A stretch of 64,000 nt of DNA from contig CAZZKR010000025.1 in the NCBI GenBank assembly GCA_964655015.1, positions 10,064 to 74,063 of the forward strand, read 5' to 3'. Below the pieces are notes generated by a model, which was not told the origin of the DNA, made no database searches, and was given only the letters and a program-made list of their open reading frames with translations. Both the position numbers and the translations under genes were made by a program. The stretch comes from an uncultured Nitrososphaeria archaeon. Its GTDB lineage: Archaea; Thermoproteota; Nitrososphaeria_A; Caldarchaeales; Wolframiiraptoraceae. This document shows, piece after piece, positions 9,720 to 19,669 of this stretch. Position 1 is the first letter of the stretch, and each line of letters starts with the position of its first letter.

Positions 9720-10307
9720 ATGGAAAGTTGCCGCGGAAGAAGGCTAGTAATATGCATTAGCGGTCTTGCAGCTACAGGGAAGAGTACAGTCGCCAGAAAA
9801 CTTGCTAAAGCTTTGAACATTAGATATGTTTCTGGCGGTCAAGCATTAAAACAGCTGGCCATCGAGAGGGGCTATAAGCCAGGAGGTGAAGACTGGTGGG
9901 AAAAGCCAGAGGGTCTTAAGTTTCTTGAAGAAAGGTCGTCAAACCCTGAGTTTGATAAACTCGTTGACGCAAAATTGCTTGAATTAGCATCTGAGGGTGA
10001 TGTTGTGATTGATAGCTGGGTCATGCCTTGGTTGCTGAAAGATGGTTACAAGATATGGCTCAAGGCTAGCGAAGATGAAAGGGCTATGAGGCTTTCGAAG
10101 AGAAGCGGATTACCGGTAGATGTCGCAAAAGAGATATTAAGGAAGCGCGACTCAGAAAGTAAGGATATCTACAACAGATTATATGGAATTTCACTTGAAA
10201 GCGATTTGAGCCCATTCGATGTCGTTTTGGACACGACTGGGATGAACGAAGATGAAGTTTACAAGGTGTTGCTTGCTTTGATTAAGCACCATTATGGACT
10301 GGATTAA
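9720..10307 (+). CDS. cmk: Archaeal cytidylate kinase
   Basis: ISGLAATGKSTVARKLA, KIWLKA, YNRLYGI, DVVLDT. Confidence 0.9.
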   Translation: MESCRGRRLVICISGLAATGKSTVARKLAKALNIRYVSGGQALKQLAIERGYKPGGEDWWEKPEGLKFLEERSSNPEFDKLVDAKLLELASEGDVVIDSWVMPWLLKDGYKIWLKASEDERAMRLSKRSGLPVDVAKEILRKRDSESKDIYNRLYGISLESDLSPFDVVLDTTGMNEDEVYKVLLALIKHHYGLD

Positions 10308-10373
10308 ACCTTAACCTTTTCCTGACGGGATAATGTGGCAAGAATAAACTATCGAAGGACACTTTTATTCGAT

Positions 10374-13300
10374 TTAACTTTCAATGAAGCTTTCCAATGA
10401 AACCTGTCTTATAGCTGAAGATGTTTCATCCCGAGCTGTAAACGTGCTTCGAACGTTTTCTATTACTATGACAATCCTCTCCTTGAGGTATGGGGTACGT
10501 ATGTATTTAGATAACGTGTACTCTAACAAATCAACGTATTTCTCGATAGCACCGCGGAAAACCGTTTGTATTAAATTAGAGCCGCATTTATTACATTGAG
10601 CATTTAATGGAAGCCGCCTGAACTTGGTATTGCATTTTTTACATCTGAAACTTTGAATGAAAAATGCTTTCATGTTACCAGCAACGTCCGGAAGTATGTG
10701 CGATGATATGATATTCTCGACAACTTTTTCTATATTAACAGAGGATAGTTTTTCTGTTAACCTAATTTGGTCCACAACTTTTTCAAACATCGACCTACTC
10801 TGTTTATAAGCGGAAACCACGTTGGCGATGATGTTATGTGTTCGATGCGTAAATCCAAATCCACCGTACTGTTCAGTTGATCCAAGCTTCAACTTTATGG
10901 TCGCGATTAAGTTTGATAACTTAGCGGACGGTTCCCTCTTTTCTGCCAACTTATACAACTCTAATGGGTATACGTAGGCGACGTCTAAGTTATGCGCCTG
11001 TTCGTCAACCTCATCCGGATAAACTATCGGGGTTATCAGTAAAGGAGCATCCATCTTTCCGCCGATTCTATCGGGCAGGTATAGCCTAGAGAAGTTGATG
11101 AAAACGTCGAGTGGAAGCATTAGGCTATCCTCATCGCCATCACAATCGCGCCTTTTGGATGCATGAAAGAGTGGATGTGCAAAACATACATCACAATCCG
11201 TGAAACCAATAATCCTTCCTATCGTCGCCACGTAGGTGTGCGGGGAAAGCGATGCGACTAGCCTGCCAATCAGATCCTCGGGTTTATTGCACATATAATA
11301 AGGCTGCATACCAGCGAGCTTTTCCAGAAGTTCATCTATAAACCTGGAGACTTTAATGAGATGTTCAGCAGCCTTTCTGGGTATTATTAAATCTTGGGGC
11401 TTCAGCTCACATATCTGGTCAGCACTTACCAATGGTTCCCCTTTGATATCGTGCGTGTAGCCCAAACTTCTTAAAACGCTAACATCCGTTGAAATTTGAC
11501 GCGGCGTAAAATGAGTAAGTGGTGCATTCGTCACATCGAACCTAATAGTCCCATCTTTGTAAACGGAGAGACCGTATTTAGCCCTAAGAATACCTTTCGC
11601 AACATCTTCCGGGATTTTAATTCTACTTGTAAGTGCTCGAACTCCTTTAATCTTTGCAGGCATTTCGATAGATAATCGCTGACATTCTTGCAAAAATTCT
11701 GTCCTAACGTCCAGAGAAAACTTCTCTGTGTATGAAATCTTTCCTCCGCATTTTTCACAGTTTTTAATTTCGATATTATAATTTTTTTGCGAACATTTTG
11801 TGCATATGCCTAATGGTTTTCTTTTTGTACCGCAATTTTCGCAAACTACTTTCCAACCTATGGAACCGCATTTTGGACACTCTAGCCGGGCGGTTTCCAC
11901 GAATACCTTCTCTCCAGATTTGACGATGTTTGCTATATCTCTCGAAGCACCCCCTTTAAGACCTATCGGGAATAGTATGTGCACAGGCGGTTCCATCATC
12001 CTCATACCTGCCTTCTCCGGCCTGCCCATCCTTGCACCTAGAAACGTTCCGCTCTTTCTTCTCAGGTTTATGCCCGAAATTACGGATATTGCCTCTAGAG
12101 TATCGTTGATGGTATTCGGTATTTTCCTTGGTTGTGCCAGAAGTGCTAAGAGCACTCTGTAAGTTGATATATCAAGAACCATGTGTGTCCCATCAACTCT
12201 ATATTCGAGTAAGATCTTGATCAATATATCACGTATCGTTTCCGTGAATGGTAACCAAACCTTTCCGTTGTGGATTTTGCATTGCGTCTTAGATTTCTCT
12301 AACCAATCTCTTAACATCACCAACTCTTTTATGCTGATATTCTCCCAAAAACAACAGTAAGACGGATGAAGCGGAACTTTGAGCTTGAAGCTTAGCCTTA
12401 AAGCCTCCCTATCCGTTGGTTTGAAGATAAGAGGATCTTCTACCAAAAGTTTAAGGCGTCCAGGATTCATATCCAACATTCTTGCGACTTTTTCAATTCC
12501 ACCAGCCATTGTTATTTCCTTCTTTAACTCCAGTGCCCACCACTCTTCACAATAGCCGACCGGTCTAAGCTCAACGTTGTTCTCTATACAATCTCCGAAC
12601 GATATCAGGATGTCGCCGAGAAAAAGAATCTTTACGATTTTGTTTTTTACCTCCGCATAAGTTAGATCGTTATCAACCTTTACGACAGACCCATCATCAA
12701 GCAATACTCTCGGTGGCTCTATCGTGTCAACTGGCATGGCAACGCCGCCTTTTCCAGGATAATCAAGCTTTAATTGTGTGCCTGTTGCTATGTACCCCTC
12801 AAGTACTTTCATGGTCATAGGGTGCACACCGACGGCCGCCATGCCGGTGTTGTATGAACGGCCATACCTTAACCTAAATCCACCAAAAACATCCGGCAAG
12901 GAAAAAACTGGTCTACCCCCTATGACTTCGTTCAGATAACTTTCTTCAGCCGAACTCGCCGAGTGAATTTTGCTGAACTCCTCAGCAACCTCCTGTAACC
13001 ATTCCCATCCAGACAAACCGAGCATCTCGACGAGCTTAAGCGCCTTCCTCGCCCTTCCGATTATCCCGTCATTTACAACCCTAAGGGCGCCACCCCTTAA
13101 GTAGTTCGTCTCAACCCTAGGTAGATTCCTATAGGATGGTGCTAGAATATTGTCCGTAGGAATACCTGTAATCTCTATTGGTATGTTTCTTAACGCTTTT
13201 TCTACCAAGTGATCCGGAACATTATACTGAAACCTGCTGACCATGCGCACATAGGTCCTAAGCTCTTCTTTGAATCGCTTAATCTCCTCCTCAGTGGGCT

Positions 13301-13820
13301 TATACCTGTCTAGGTTTAACAATCTTCTGATATAATCCGCCAGTATGACGGTCGCTGTAAGCTCGGTTCCACCAGCCGCCCTTATAGGACCCGCAAAATA
13401 AACTGCTAAGTAGCTTGAACCATCTGGGTTCTTTTTGATCTTCACATCCGCAATCCCCTCGCTCGGTGCAGCGGTTATACAGGGCGGCGTCATGACAGCG
13501 AGTGCGGTACAGAGTGCCTGCTTGATAGCGACCTCTTCTTTTAGTTTTCCTATCGAACTATATATGATATCTTCTGCCAACTTAAACGCTAGACGCTCCC
13601 TTGAAAGCTTGTTTTTTAGAAACCTTATCTTCTCGGCGATACCTTGTGGACCGACAAGTAACTCGACCCTCTCAGCCATATCTTCTGCGATTATTGTCTC
13701 GACTTTATCGACAACTGTGCCTAACTTTTTCCTTACCTCAGATGCTATCCTATATTCTTCCTTGACCTTTTCCACTATCTGAGCATAATATTCAGCGAAC
13801 TCAGGCGGTATTCTGTACAA
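10374..13820 (-). CDS. polC: DNA polymerase D large subunit DP2 (no intein)
   Basis: YFAGPIRAAGGT, GFRLRYGR, RMGRPEKA, RRDCDGDED, zinc fingers. Confidence 0.97.
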   Translation of the reverse strand: MYRIPPEFAEYYAQIVEKVKEEYRIASEVRKKLGTVVDKVETIIAEDMAERVELLVGPQGIAEKIRFLKNKLSRERLAFKLAEDIIYSSIGKLKEEVAIKQALCTALAVMTPPCITAAPSEGIADVKIKKNPDGSSYLAVYFAGPIRAAGGTELTATVILADYIRRLLNLDRYKPTEEEIKRFKEELRTYVRMVSRFQYNVPDHLVEKALRNIPIEITGIPTDNILAPSYRNLPRVETNYLRGGALRVVNDGIIGRARKALKLVEMLGLSGWEWLQEVAEEFSKIHSASSAEESYLNEVIGGRPVFSLPDVFGGFRLRYGRSYNTGMAAVGVHPMTMKVLEGYIATGTQLKLDYPGKGGVAMPVDTIEPPRVLLDDGSVVKVDNDLTYAEVKNKIVKILFLGDILISFGDCIENNVELRPVGYCEEWWALELKKEITMAGGIEKVARMLDMNPGRLKLLVEDPLIFKPTDREALRLSFKLKVPLHPSYCCFWENISIKELVMLRDWLEKSKTQCKIHNGKVWLPFTETIRDILIKILLEYRVDGTHMVLDISTYRVLLALLAQPRKIPNTINDTLEAISVISGINLRRKSGTFLGARMGRPEKAGMRMMEPPVHILFPIGLKGGASRDIANIVKSGEKVFVETARLECPKCGSIGWKVVCENCGTKRKPLGICTKCSQKNYNIEIKNCEKCGGKISYTEKFSLDVRTEFLQECQRLSIEMPAKIKGVRALTSRIKIPEDVAKGILRAKYGLSVYKDGTIRFDVTNAPLTHFTPRQISTDVSVLRSLGYTHDIKGEPLVSADQICELKPQDLIIPRKAAEHLIKVSRFIDELLEKLAGMQPYYMCNKPEDLIGRLVASLSPHTYVATIGRIIGFTDCDVCFAHPLFHASKRRDCDGDEDSLMLPLDVFINFSRLYLPDRIGGKMDAPLLITPIVYPDEVDEQAHNLDVAYVYPLELYKLAEKREPSAKLSNLIATIKLKLGSTEQYGGFGFTHRTHNIIANVVSAYKQSRSMFEKVVDQIRLTEKLSSVNIEKVVENIISSHILPDVAGNMKAFFIQSFRCKKCNTKFRRLPLNAQCNKCGSNLIQTVFRGAIEKYVDLLEYTLSKYIRTPYLKERIVIVIENVRSTFTARDETSSAIRQVSLESFIES

Positions 13821-13882
13821 GTCAGGAACTTCTCTAGCTACAGCTAATTATATCTATTCAAAGGACATCAATGCTTATCATG

Positions 13883-14680
13883 TCACGGAATTGGGGGTAG
13901 TGTCTTTTTTGGCCATGGTCTCGAGGCAGCCCCCTCTTTTGCGGCTTGTATGATCTTCGACAGCAATTCAGCATTCTTGCTTTTTTCAACTACGTTTCCT
14001 GTGACTATTACATCAGCACCCGCCTTAGCCACTATATGTGAATGCTCAGGAGAAGTGATGCCGCCACCGACTACGATCGTTATATCGACAACATCCCTGA
14101 CTGCTCTTATAGTCTCAGGTGGTATGTGATTTTGTGCACCAGAGCCCGCCTCAAGGTAAACAAACCTCATCCCAAGGTATTGAGCAGCTAGAGCGTATCC
14201 GGCAGCAACTTCTCCTTTGTTAAGTGGAAGTGGAAGTACTCTCCCTATGGCGGAGACCGCTGTATCTGAACCGAAAACCAGATAGCCCATGGGTATGGCC
14301 TCAAGGGCGTACTTCTTAACCAAGAACGATCCTTGCATCTGCGCACCAATAATGTAGTACCAATCAGTCGAATTCAATAATGACATGAACCATATGGCAT
14401 CAGCATACTTGCTGATTGCATTGACGTTATTGGGAAAAAGTATTACGGGTATGGAGACGTTTTCTTTTATCATTCTAACGCATTCGTCTAGAGCTGTTTG
14501 TGATTGGAATATAGAGCCACCAACCATTATGGCACCGGTACCTTGTTCCTCGCACATCTTTGCACATTTGGCTATGTCTTGCGGAGAAAAGTTTTCTGGA
14601 TCAAGTAACGTCATATGTATACAACCATTCTTTCCTATCTCGTCAAGTATGTAGCGCTCAACTCTGCCCAGTTTTAACAT
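13883..14680 (-). CDS. Geranylgeranylglyceryl phosphate synthase (group II)
   Basis: HMTLLDPE, IMVGGS, FMSLLNS, YLEAGSGA, VGGGI. Start placed at the ATG following an AGGTG Shine-Dalgarno (SD) motif. Confidence 0.94.
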   Translation of the reverse strand: MLKLGRVERYILDEIGKNGCIHMTLLDPENFSPQDIAKCAKMCEEQGTGAIMVGGSIFQSQTALDECVRMIKENVSIPVILFPNNVNAISKYADAIWFMSLLNSTDWYYIIGAQMQGSFLVKKYALEAIPMGYLVFGSDTAVSAIGRVLPLPLNKGEVAAGYALAAQYLGMRFVYLEAGSGAQNHIPPETIRAVRDVVDITIVVGGGITSPEHSHIVAKAGADVIVTGNVVEKSKNAELLSKIIQAAKEGAASRPWPKKTLPPIP

Positions 14681-14915
14681 TTTCGACACCTTTAGTAACG
14701 AGATCGTACCATGCCGCATACGCATCTACAGGAGTATAGGATGGGTACCAAGGTACTTCTCTCGATACTTTGCAGAATCCACAAGTAACTCTAGCAACAT
14801 CTGAACCTTTCTCATGCACCACTGATACGGCTTCATGATTGCACAATGGACAGATGAAGATTGACGGTGGCGGCTTAACGGTCTTTCGTATTATCTTCCT
14901 CCTTTTCCTTCCCAA
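14658..14915 (-). CDS. elf1: Transcription elongation factor Elf1
   Basis: MGRKRRK, FICPLCNH, CGFC, VDAYAAWYD. Confidence 0.9.
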   Translation of the reverse strand: MGRKRRKIIRKTVKPPPSIFICPLCNHEAVSVVHEKGSDVARVTCGFCKVSREVPWYPSYTPVDAYAAWYDLVTKGVENVKTGQS

Positions 14916-15062
14916 CTTCCATCCATAATGTTCGACACCATTTTTCTATAAAAACTCTTATTTCCAATTGGCACGGGCAGACCTAATAACTTTGACTCAG
15001 TGTCTTACCCTAAATAAATGTTGATCAAAGACTAAATATGTGTCAATAGATGTTTTTATGAA

Positions 15063-15719
15063 TTGAAAAAGGTGAGGAAGTCTAGAAAACACAGGATAAC
15101 TATCGGTCTTCTTATATCCGACTTTAGAACAGCCCACAATATAATATCTGAGGCTAAGAGGAGAGGCATAGAGGTGTTGTCTGTAAGTAGCCTCGCTGAG
15201 TTGCCCCTTACCGCAAAGGTGATTATAACCAGTAAAAAGGAAGATCCCAAGCTCCCCATCCCCGCTCTTTTTGTGGAGGAGTTACCTTCCTGCAAGGCCC
15301 TCCTAGATAGGGCATACGAAATAGCCTTTGGGAAAGATTGTCCAAAATTCGTGACGGTCTCTATAGATCCTGGTGAGAAAAGAACTGGTTGTGCCTTCTT
15401 TGCTGAAGACATGCTGCTCAGAACCTCGACTTATTCTGACAGAGATCGCCTCTTTGAGGATATTGAGGAGTTCTTTAATGCACATAAAAGTTGTAAGAAG
15501 TATATAATAATCGGAAAAGGAGCGGGTGACCTCTCCCATGCCCTAGAAAAGGACCTCTGTGATAGGTTTCTGGGGGCTGGACAGGTTGAGGTAATGACAG
15601 TATCAGAAAATAGCTCGAATCGAAAGAATGTTTTTATTCCTGCACATCCATCTGATGAAAGCGCGGCTCTCATGCTCTTCATCAAAGTTAGAGGAAAGCT
15701 AGTGCTGTCCGGGAGGTGA
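15063..15719 (+). CDS. Uncharacterised protein with RNase H-like (YqgF/RuvX-type) C-terminal domain
   Basis: SIDPGEKRTGCA, IIIGKG, VSENSS, DESAA resemble RNase H-fold motifs. Confidence 0.6.
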   Translation: MKKVRKSRKHRITIGLLISDFRTAHNIISEAKRRGIEVLSVSSLAELPLTAKVIITSKKEDPKLPIPALFVEELPSCKALLDRAYEIAFGKDCPKFVTVSIDPGEKRTGCAFFAEDMLLRTSTYSDRDRLFEDIEEFFNAHKSCKKYIIIGKGAGDLSHALEKDLCDRFLGAGQVEVMTVSENSSNRKNVFIPAHPSDESAALMLFIKVRGKLVLSGR

Positions 15720-15726
15720 AGGTTTT

Positions 15727-16908
15727 ATGAACATAGGAGCCGGCAAGACTTTGGTCATTAAAGGTCCTGCATCTGTAAAGTTACTATCAGGCTCTGGAAA
15801 AGTCTTCGGGTATACATTAACTCAGAAAAAGCCGCTCTTCGTAAGAGATTCAAGAGCGCTACCGATATTCACGGATGTAGGTATGGAGGTTGAGCTAAAC
15901 CTAGGAGAAGGTTCGTCCTTCGAGATCGTAGACCGAGACACTGTACCAGACGATTGGAAGACTCTGGTATCTCAAACTATTAAGAACCATAAGAAGATTG
16001 TGGTGATGGGAGGGACAGATTCAGGGAAAACATCGTTGACCACTTTTATCATAAACTCTTTATTGGGCGAAGGTAAAAGGACATGCTTAGTAGACTTAGA
16101 CTTAGGTCAATCAAATATATGTCCCCCCACTACTGTGGGGTCTGTTCTAACGACAAAACAAGTCCCAGACGTTTACCAACTTAAGGCAGATTTTATCGTA
16201 CCTGTCGGCTTCACATCACCTTCATTTGCAAAGGAGTATCATCTCAAAAAAACTAGCGAACTCCTGAGTTACACAATCAATGAAGAAGTTTACGCAGTTA
16301 TCGATTGTGATGGTTGGATAGAAGGTAAGGATGCGACGGAACATAAGATTAACCTCCTTAACGTAATTAGGCCCTCGCTGGTGGTATTCCTTGAAAAATC
16401 ACAAGAAAAAGTTGAAAGTTACTGTAGGGATATCGGCATAGAGTGCGCCGTTGTAAGTAAGTCAGAATACGTGCACAAGCGAGATCATGAAGCACGCAAA
16501 AGGCTTAGAGAAAGTTCGTTCAGGAGGTACTTGAAAGACGGCTCAATAAAGACTATACCGCTTTCTTGGCTTAATCTTTCAACAATACCTGCTGAGGCGC
16601 ATAATGTAACAATTAATCCTTTACAATACGTAAAGTCGCTGATAGAAGCTTACAATGCGCAATCCGCAAATGTGCCGCCGCTGGACGTCGAATCGCTTTC
16701 AAAAAATAAGATGGGTGTCCTTTCATACATGTATGATGCTGATGGGCGGTGTTTAGGTATAGGGTTAGTAAGCGATATAGATAGTAAGCGAAATACTATT
16801 AAAATATACTCAAAGGTTGAAACAATTCCCAAGAAACTCGTTATAGGTTGCATGCTGTTATCTTATCATGGTGACGAACTATTTGTTTGGACAACGCAAC
16901 ATATTTAA
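15727..16908 (+). CDS. Clp1/Grc3(Nol9) polynucleotide 5'-kinase
   Basis: GGTDSGKTS, DLDLGQSNICPPTTV, IDCDGW, RKRLRE. Confidence 0.9.
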   Translation: MNIGAGKTLVIKGPASVKLLSGSGKVFGYTLTQKKPLFVRDSRALPIFTDVGMEVELNLGEGSSFEIVDRDTVPDDWKTLVSQTIKNHKKIVVMGGTDSGKTSLTTFIINSLLGEGKRTCLVDLDLGQSNICPPTTVGSVLTTKQVPDVYQLKADFIVPVGFTSPSFAKEYHLKKTSELLSYTINEEVYAVIDCDGWIEGKDATEHKINLLNVIRPSLVVFLEKSQEKVESYCRDIGIECAVVSKSEYVHKRDHEARKRLRESSFRRYLKDGSIKTIPLSWLNLSTIPAEAHNVTINPLQYVKSLIEAYNAQSANVPPLDVESLSKNKMGVLSYMYDADGRCLGIGLVSDIDSKRNTIKIYSKVETIPKKLVIGCMLLSYHGDELFVWTTQHI

Positions 16909-17471
16909 TCTAATTCTAAAAGCCTCGCTGCTTGTTTCGTTGCAAGCAGCCTAGCACTTTCTGGTGGTAAGGTGACGATATCATATTGTCTAAAAGGTCC
17001 ATAGTTCTTCATGTCTTCGCATACAATCTTTGGGAACGTTTGCATGAAACAAACTATTCTGTACTTTGCTAATCTCTCTTCAATTTTTGGAATTCTGAGC
17101 TCATACGCAATCGAGTTTATTCGTTTCCTATATTCATAAATTAACTTAGAAAGTTCTTCAACAAAACGTCTCTCCACACCTAAAAGGTTCTCGAGTTGCT
17201 CACCTTTAAGTAGGGCATGGATGATCTTTCTAAACCTTATTTCAAATAATGAGGATAATAATTTCTTGACAACGTCCAGCTCAGCATGTTTGACTAATGT
17301 TGATATTGCTTTTTTATCAGATACTTTCAGTTGTTGCCTTACCGAAGATGCGTAAGCATACAATTTGGTCTCAAAATCTTGCGGGATTAATGCGAGGTTT
17401 TCTTGCTCCCTCTCTTTAAGCCACACGTTCATAAGTTCGTCATAAAAACCTTCTACTGTTCCCTCCGACAT
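16905..17471 (-). CDS. gins: GINS subunit (Gins15/51 type)
   Basis: Helical A domain (IRFRKII) followed by B domain (MKNYGPF..DIVTLP). Lies downstream of priS. Confidence 0.85.
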   Translation of the reverse strand: MSEGTVEGFYDELMNVWLKEREQENLALIPQDFETKLYAYASSVRQQLKVSDKKAISTLVKHAELDVVKKLLSSLFEIRFRKIIHALLKGEQLENLLGVERRFVEELSKLIYEYRKRINSIAYELRIPKIEERLAKYRIVCFMQTFPKIVCEDMKNYGPFRQYDIVTLPPESARLLATKQAARLLELD

Positions 17472-17510
17472 CCCACTAATATTATGACATCCCGCTCTTA
17501 AACTGTTACC

Positions 17511-18752
17511 CTATTGTGTGAGGGTCGCGATACCTTTACAAAGTAACAGGACGGCCAAGCAAGTCGGTATCTTTACGCCCTCGTTTTTATAAGGTCCATA
17601 CCATTCCCCACATATGCGGATTTTTGGCATGTAGATTACGTGTACCCTACACGGCTCATCAGGCATTACGACGGTATCCACAAATGGGTTAAACTGCTCT
17701 AAAGCGTCAGGCTCAAGTCTTTTTGCCAGAAAGCCCGTCTTTCCGTTAAGAGTGTTAGCAAGTCTTAGAAGCCGATGAATGTCTGTCGTAACGATTGTGT
17801 CTATCAAACTTCTTTCTTCTTCCACGGCCAACGTTACGATTGCTTTTATGACATTGGGCTTTAGGGTCTCCCATTTAGGCGAGACCAGCCAAGACGTCAA
17901 CAACGAATCCTTAATCTGTAACAATTTATTATACTCCCTGTTCCCGATCAGCTTTCTCAGTCTCTCAGCGATGTGTGGCTTATTAAGGTCTTTAATAACC
18001 TCGAAGGTCCCCCTTGCCAACCTGCCCCTCCATGAACCATCTGTATACTCAAGCGTAGCTGAAGGATAGCGCCTTTTGCCTGTGGGTAATCCATAAAGGT
18101 TAGGGTCAAGACCGTTTCCGAGGATGTAGTCAGTAATCTCCTTTCTTGACACTTGATCCAATGTAAAAAGTTTCTCGTCATTTACTATTACATGGAAACC
18201 CCTGTTCCCTGAGAAATTCACCAAAATCTTCGAATAGGGTATACCGAAATCCATCTCAAGGAAGTCCAAAAGTTTGTAAACTTCCCCTTTTGCCGCCTCT
18301 ATACAGTTTTCGCAAACCCAGTCGGTACGCTTAACTTTCATGCTGCCACAATTATTACACTGCTCTGACTCAGGCGGTAGCGTGCTCTTACAATCTTCGC
18401 ATATCGAAAAATCATGCTTTTCTTTACATGGAAGGTTTAGATGGTCGGCATCTATGTCGAATATAAGCTCCGCACCCAACCACACCTTTTCTTCCATGGG
18501 GGCCTGAGGATATTGGTAATGGGCTGCTGAATGGTACATGTGTAAAGGTGTTACTTTTTTTATTAACTCAAATAGCTCGGATGAGTTTTTTAACGATATG
18601 TGTCTTATCATGATTTTTTGTCCAAAGGTGAAATAACCAAATTCTCTCCTCTCAATCATGTGAGGTACGTACACATTCTCTGCATTTTTTGTATAATATT
18701 CGCTAAACAGCGTCTGGACATATTCCGCGTCCTTGTTCGTTAGGAAACTCAG
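17511..18752 (-). CDS. priS: DNA primase small subunit PriS, probable CTG start
   Basis: RREFG, ELIFDIDAD, FSGNRGFH, DIHRLLRL. The conserved FSEYY segment lies upstream of the first GTG (18674). CTG at 18752 follows GTGGTGA. Confidence 0.93.
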   Translation of the reverse strand: MSFLTNKDAEYVQTLFSEYYTKNAENVYVPHMIERREFGYFTFGQKIMIRHISLKNSSELFELIKKVTPLHMYHSAAHYQYPQAPMEEKVWLGAELIFDIDADHLNLPCKEKHDFSICEDCKSTLPPESEQCNNCGSMKVKRTDWVCENCIEAAKGEVYKLLDFLEMDFGIPYSKILVNFSGNRGFHVIVNDEKLFTLDQVSRKEITDYILGNGLDPNLYGLPTGKRRYPSATLEYTDGSWRGRLARGTFEVIKDLNKPHIAERLRKLIGNREYNKLLQIKDSLLTSWLVSPKWETLKPNVIKAIVTLAVEEERSLIDTIVTTDIHRLLRLANTLNGKTGFLAKRLEPDALEQFNPFVDTVVMPDEPCRVHVIYMPKIRICGEWYGPYKNEGVKIPTCLAVLLLCKGIATLTQ

Positions 18753-18862
18753 GCTTTCTCACCACGAGTCTTTACTGTATATGTTAACACTAAGAATAAC
18801 ACGAACAAAATTAGCCAGTAGATGTTTAGCCTCACTTGGTCGAGGAATACTTCCAGCGACAT
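18749..18862 (-). CDS. Putative 37-aa single-pass membrane microprotein
   Basis: MSLEVFLDQVRLNIYWLILFVLFLVLTYTVKTRGEKA. Stop overlaps the priS start (CTGA). Confidence 0.6.
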   Translation of the reverse strand: MSLEVFLDQVRLNIYWLILFVLFLVLTYTVKTRGEKA

Positions 18863-18915
18863 GGTGTTCTCATAAAAGGTTATCCTAACGTAAAAGCTTT
18901 TTCCAAAATAATGTG

Positions 18916-19206
18916 CTATTGAGCGACTTGTACTTCCTGTGTAGTCCATAAATCGTACGCAAAGTTCATTAGAGCGCCCCTTACGCAAGAGGCACAAACA
19001 TTGCCTCCATAAATCCTTGAAACGGTCCTCTCACTTTTTGATGTCTTTGAAGGACTTTCGACCCGAATGCCGTGCAAAGGCTTGCCGCATATGCCGCAAC
19101 GAGGTGCCCCGGGCCTTTCATCAAAGTAGTGGATAACAACTCTCCCGCCAGGTGTTCTAACTTTCTTTCTTTTCCTACTTCTTGTCCTGAGCGCTCTTCT
19201 CGGCAA
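18916..19206 (-). CDS. rpl34e: 50S ribosomal protein eL34
   Basis: VRTPGGRVVIH, CGICGKPLHG, SRIYGGNVCASC. Confidence 0.96.
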   Translation of the reverse strand: MPRRALRTRSRKRKKVRTPGGRVVIHYFDERPGAPRCGICGKPLHGIRVESPSKTSKSERTVSRIYGGNVCASCVRGALMNFAYDLWTTQEVQVAQ

Positions 19207-19669
19207 GACCACCACCCGCCATAGTTAGACCGAATGCTTTGGACAGAGGTAAACTTGCCGCAAAGAATGCTAAAATATACCATCCATAAAAAGTTAACGC
19301 GCCTTCTTGGCTTATAAGAGGTATAAAGAAGTCGCCAGGTAGGGAGATTTCGACATCACCGAAATACATCGCCGTACCCCAGTATGCACCCAGAAAAAGC
19401 GCCATGCTGATTATCATTACTGTAAAATTCTTCTTCATAACGTCAAGCTCTACCTTCTTTATGTAATCCATGCGTTTCTCTAACCTCTGAAGGGTTTTTT
19501 GGTCGCCTCGCCTTTTCGCCCTCATGAGTTCTTGCCTGAATAGGTTTGCCTCCCTCATCTTTTCCATGTCTTGTTTTTTAATTATGGCCCTTCTGATGAA
19601 ATTTGTTAGAGAAATGGTTGCTGCCGCTATGGCTATTATAAACAACATAGAAAAGACATTCGCATCCAT
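19175..19669 (-). CDS. EMC3/TMCO1 (DUF106, Oxa1 superfamily) membrane protein
   Basis: TM-coiled coil-TM layout, GWYIL motif, follows secY. Confidence 0.85.
   Translation of the reverse strand: MDANVFSMLFIIAIAAATISLTNFIRRAIIKKQDMEKMREANLFRQELMRAKRRGDQKTLQRLEKRMDYIKKVELDVMKKNFTVMIISMALFLGAYWGTAMYFGDVEISLPGDFFIPLISQEGALTFYGWYILAFFAASLPLSKAFGLTMAGGGLAEKSAQDKK

Noticed and set aside
10374..13820. Intein in PolD DP2
   Set aside because: Normal length with contiguous motifs and no splice-junction or homing-endonuclease signature.
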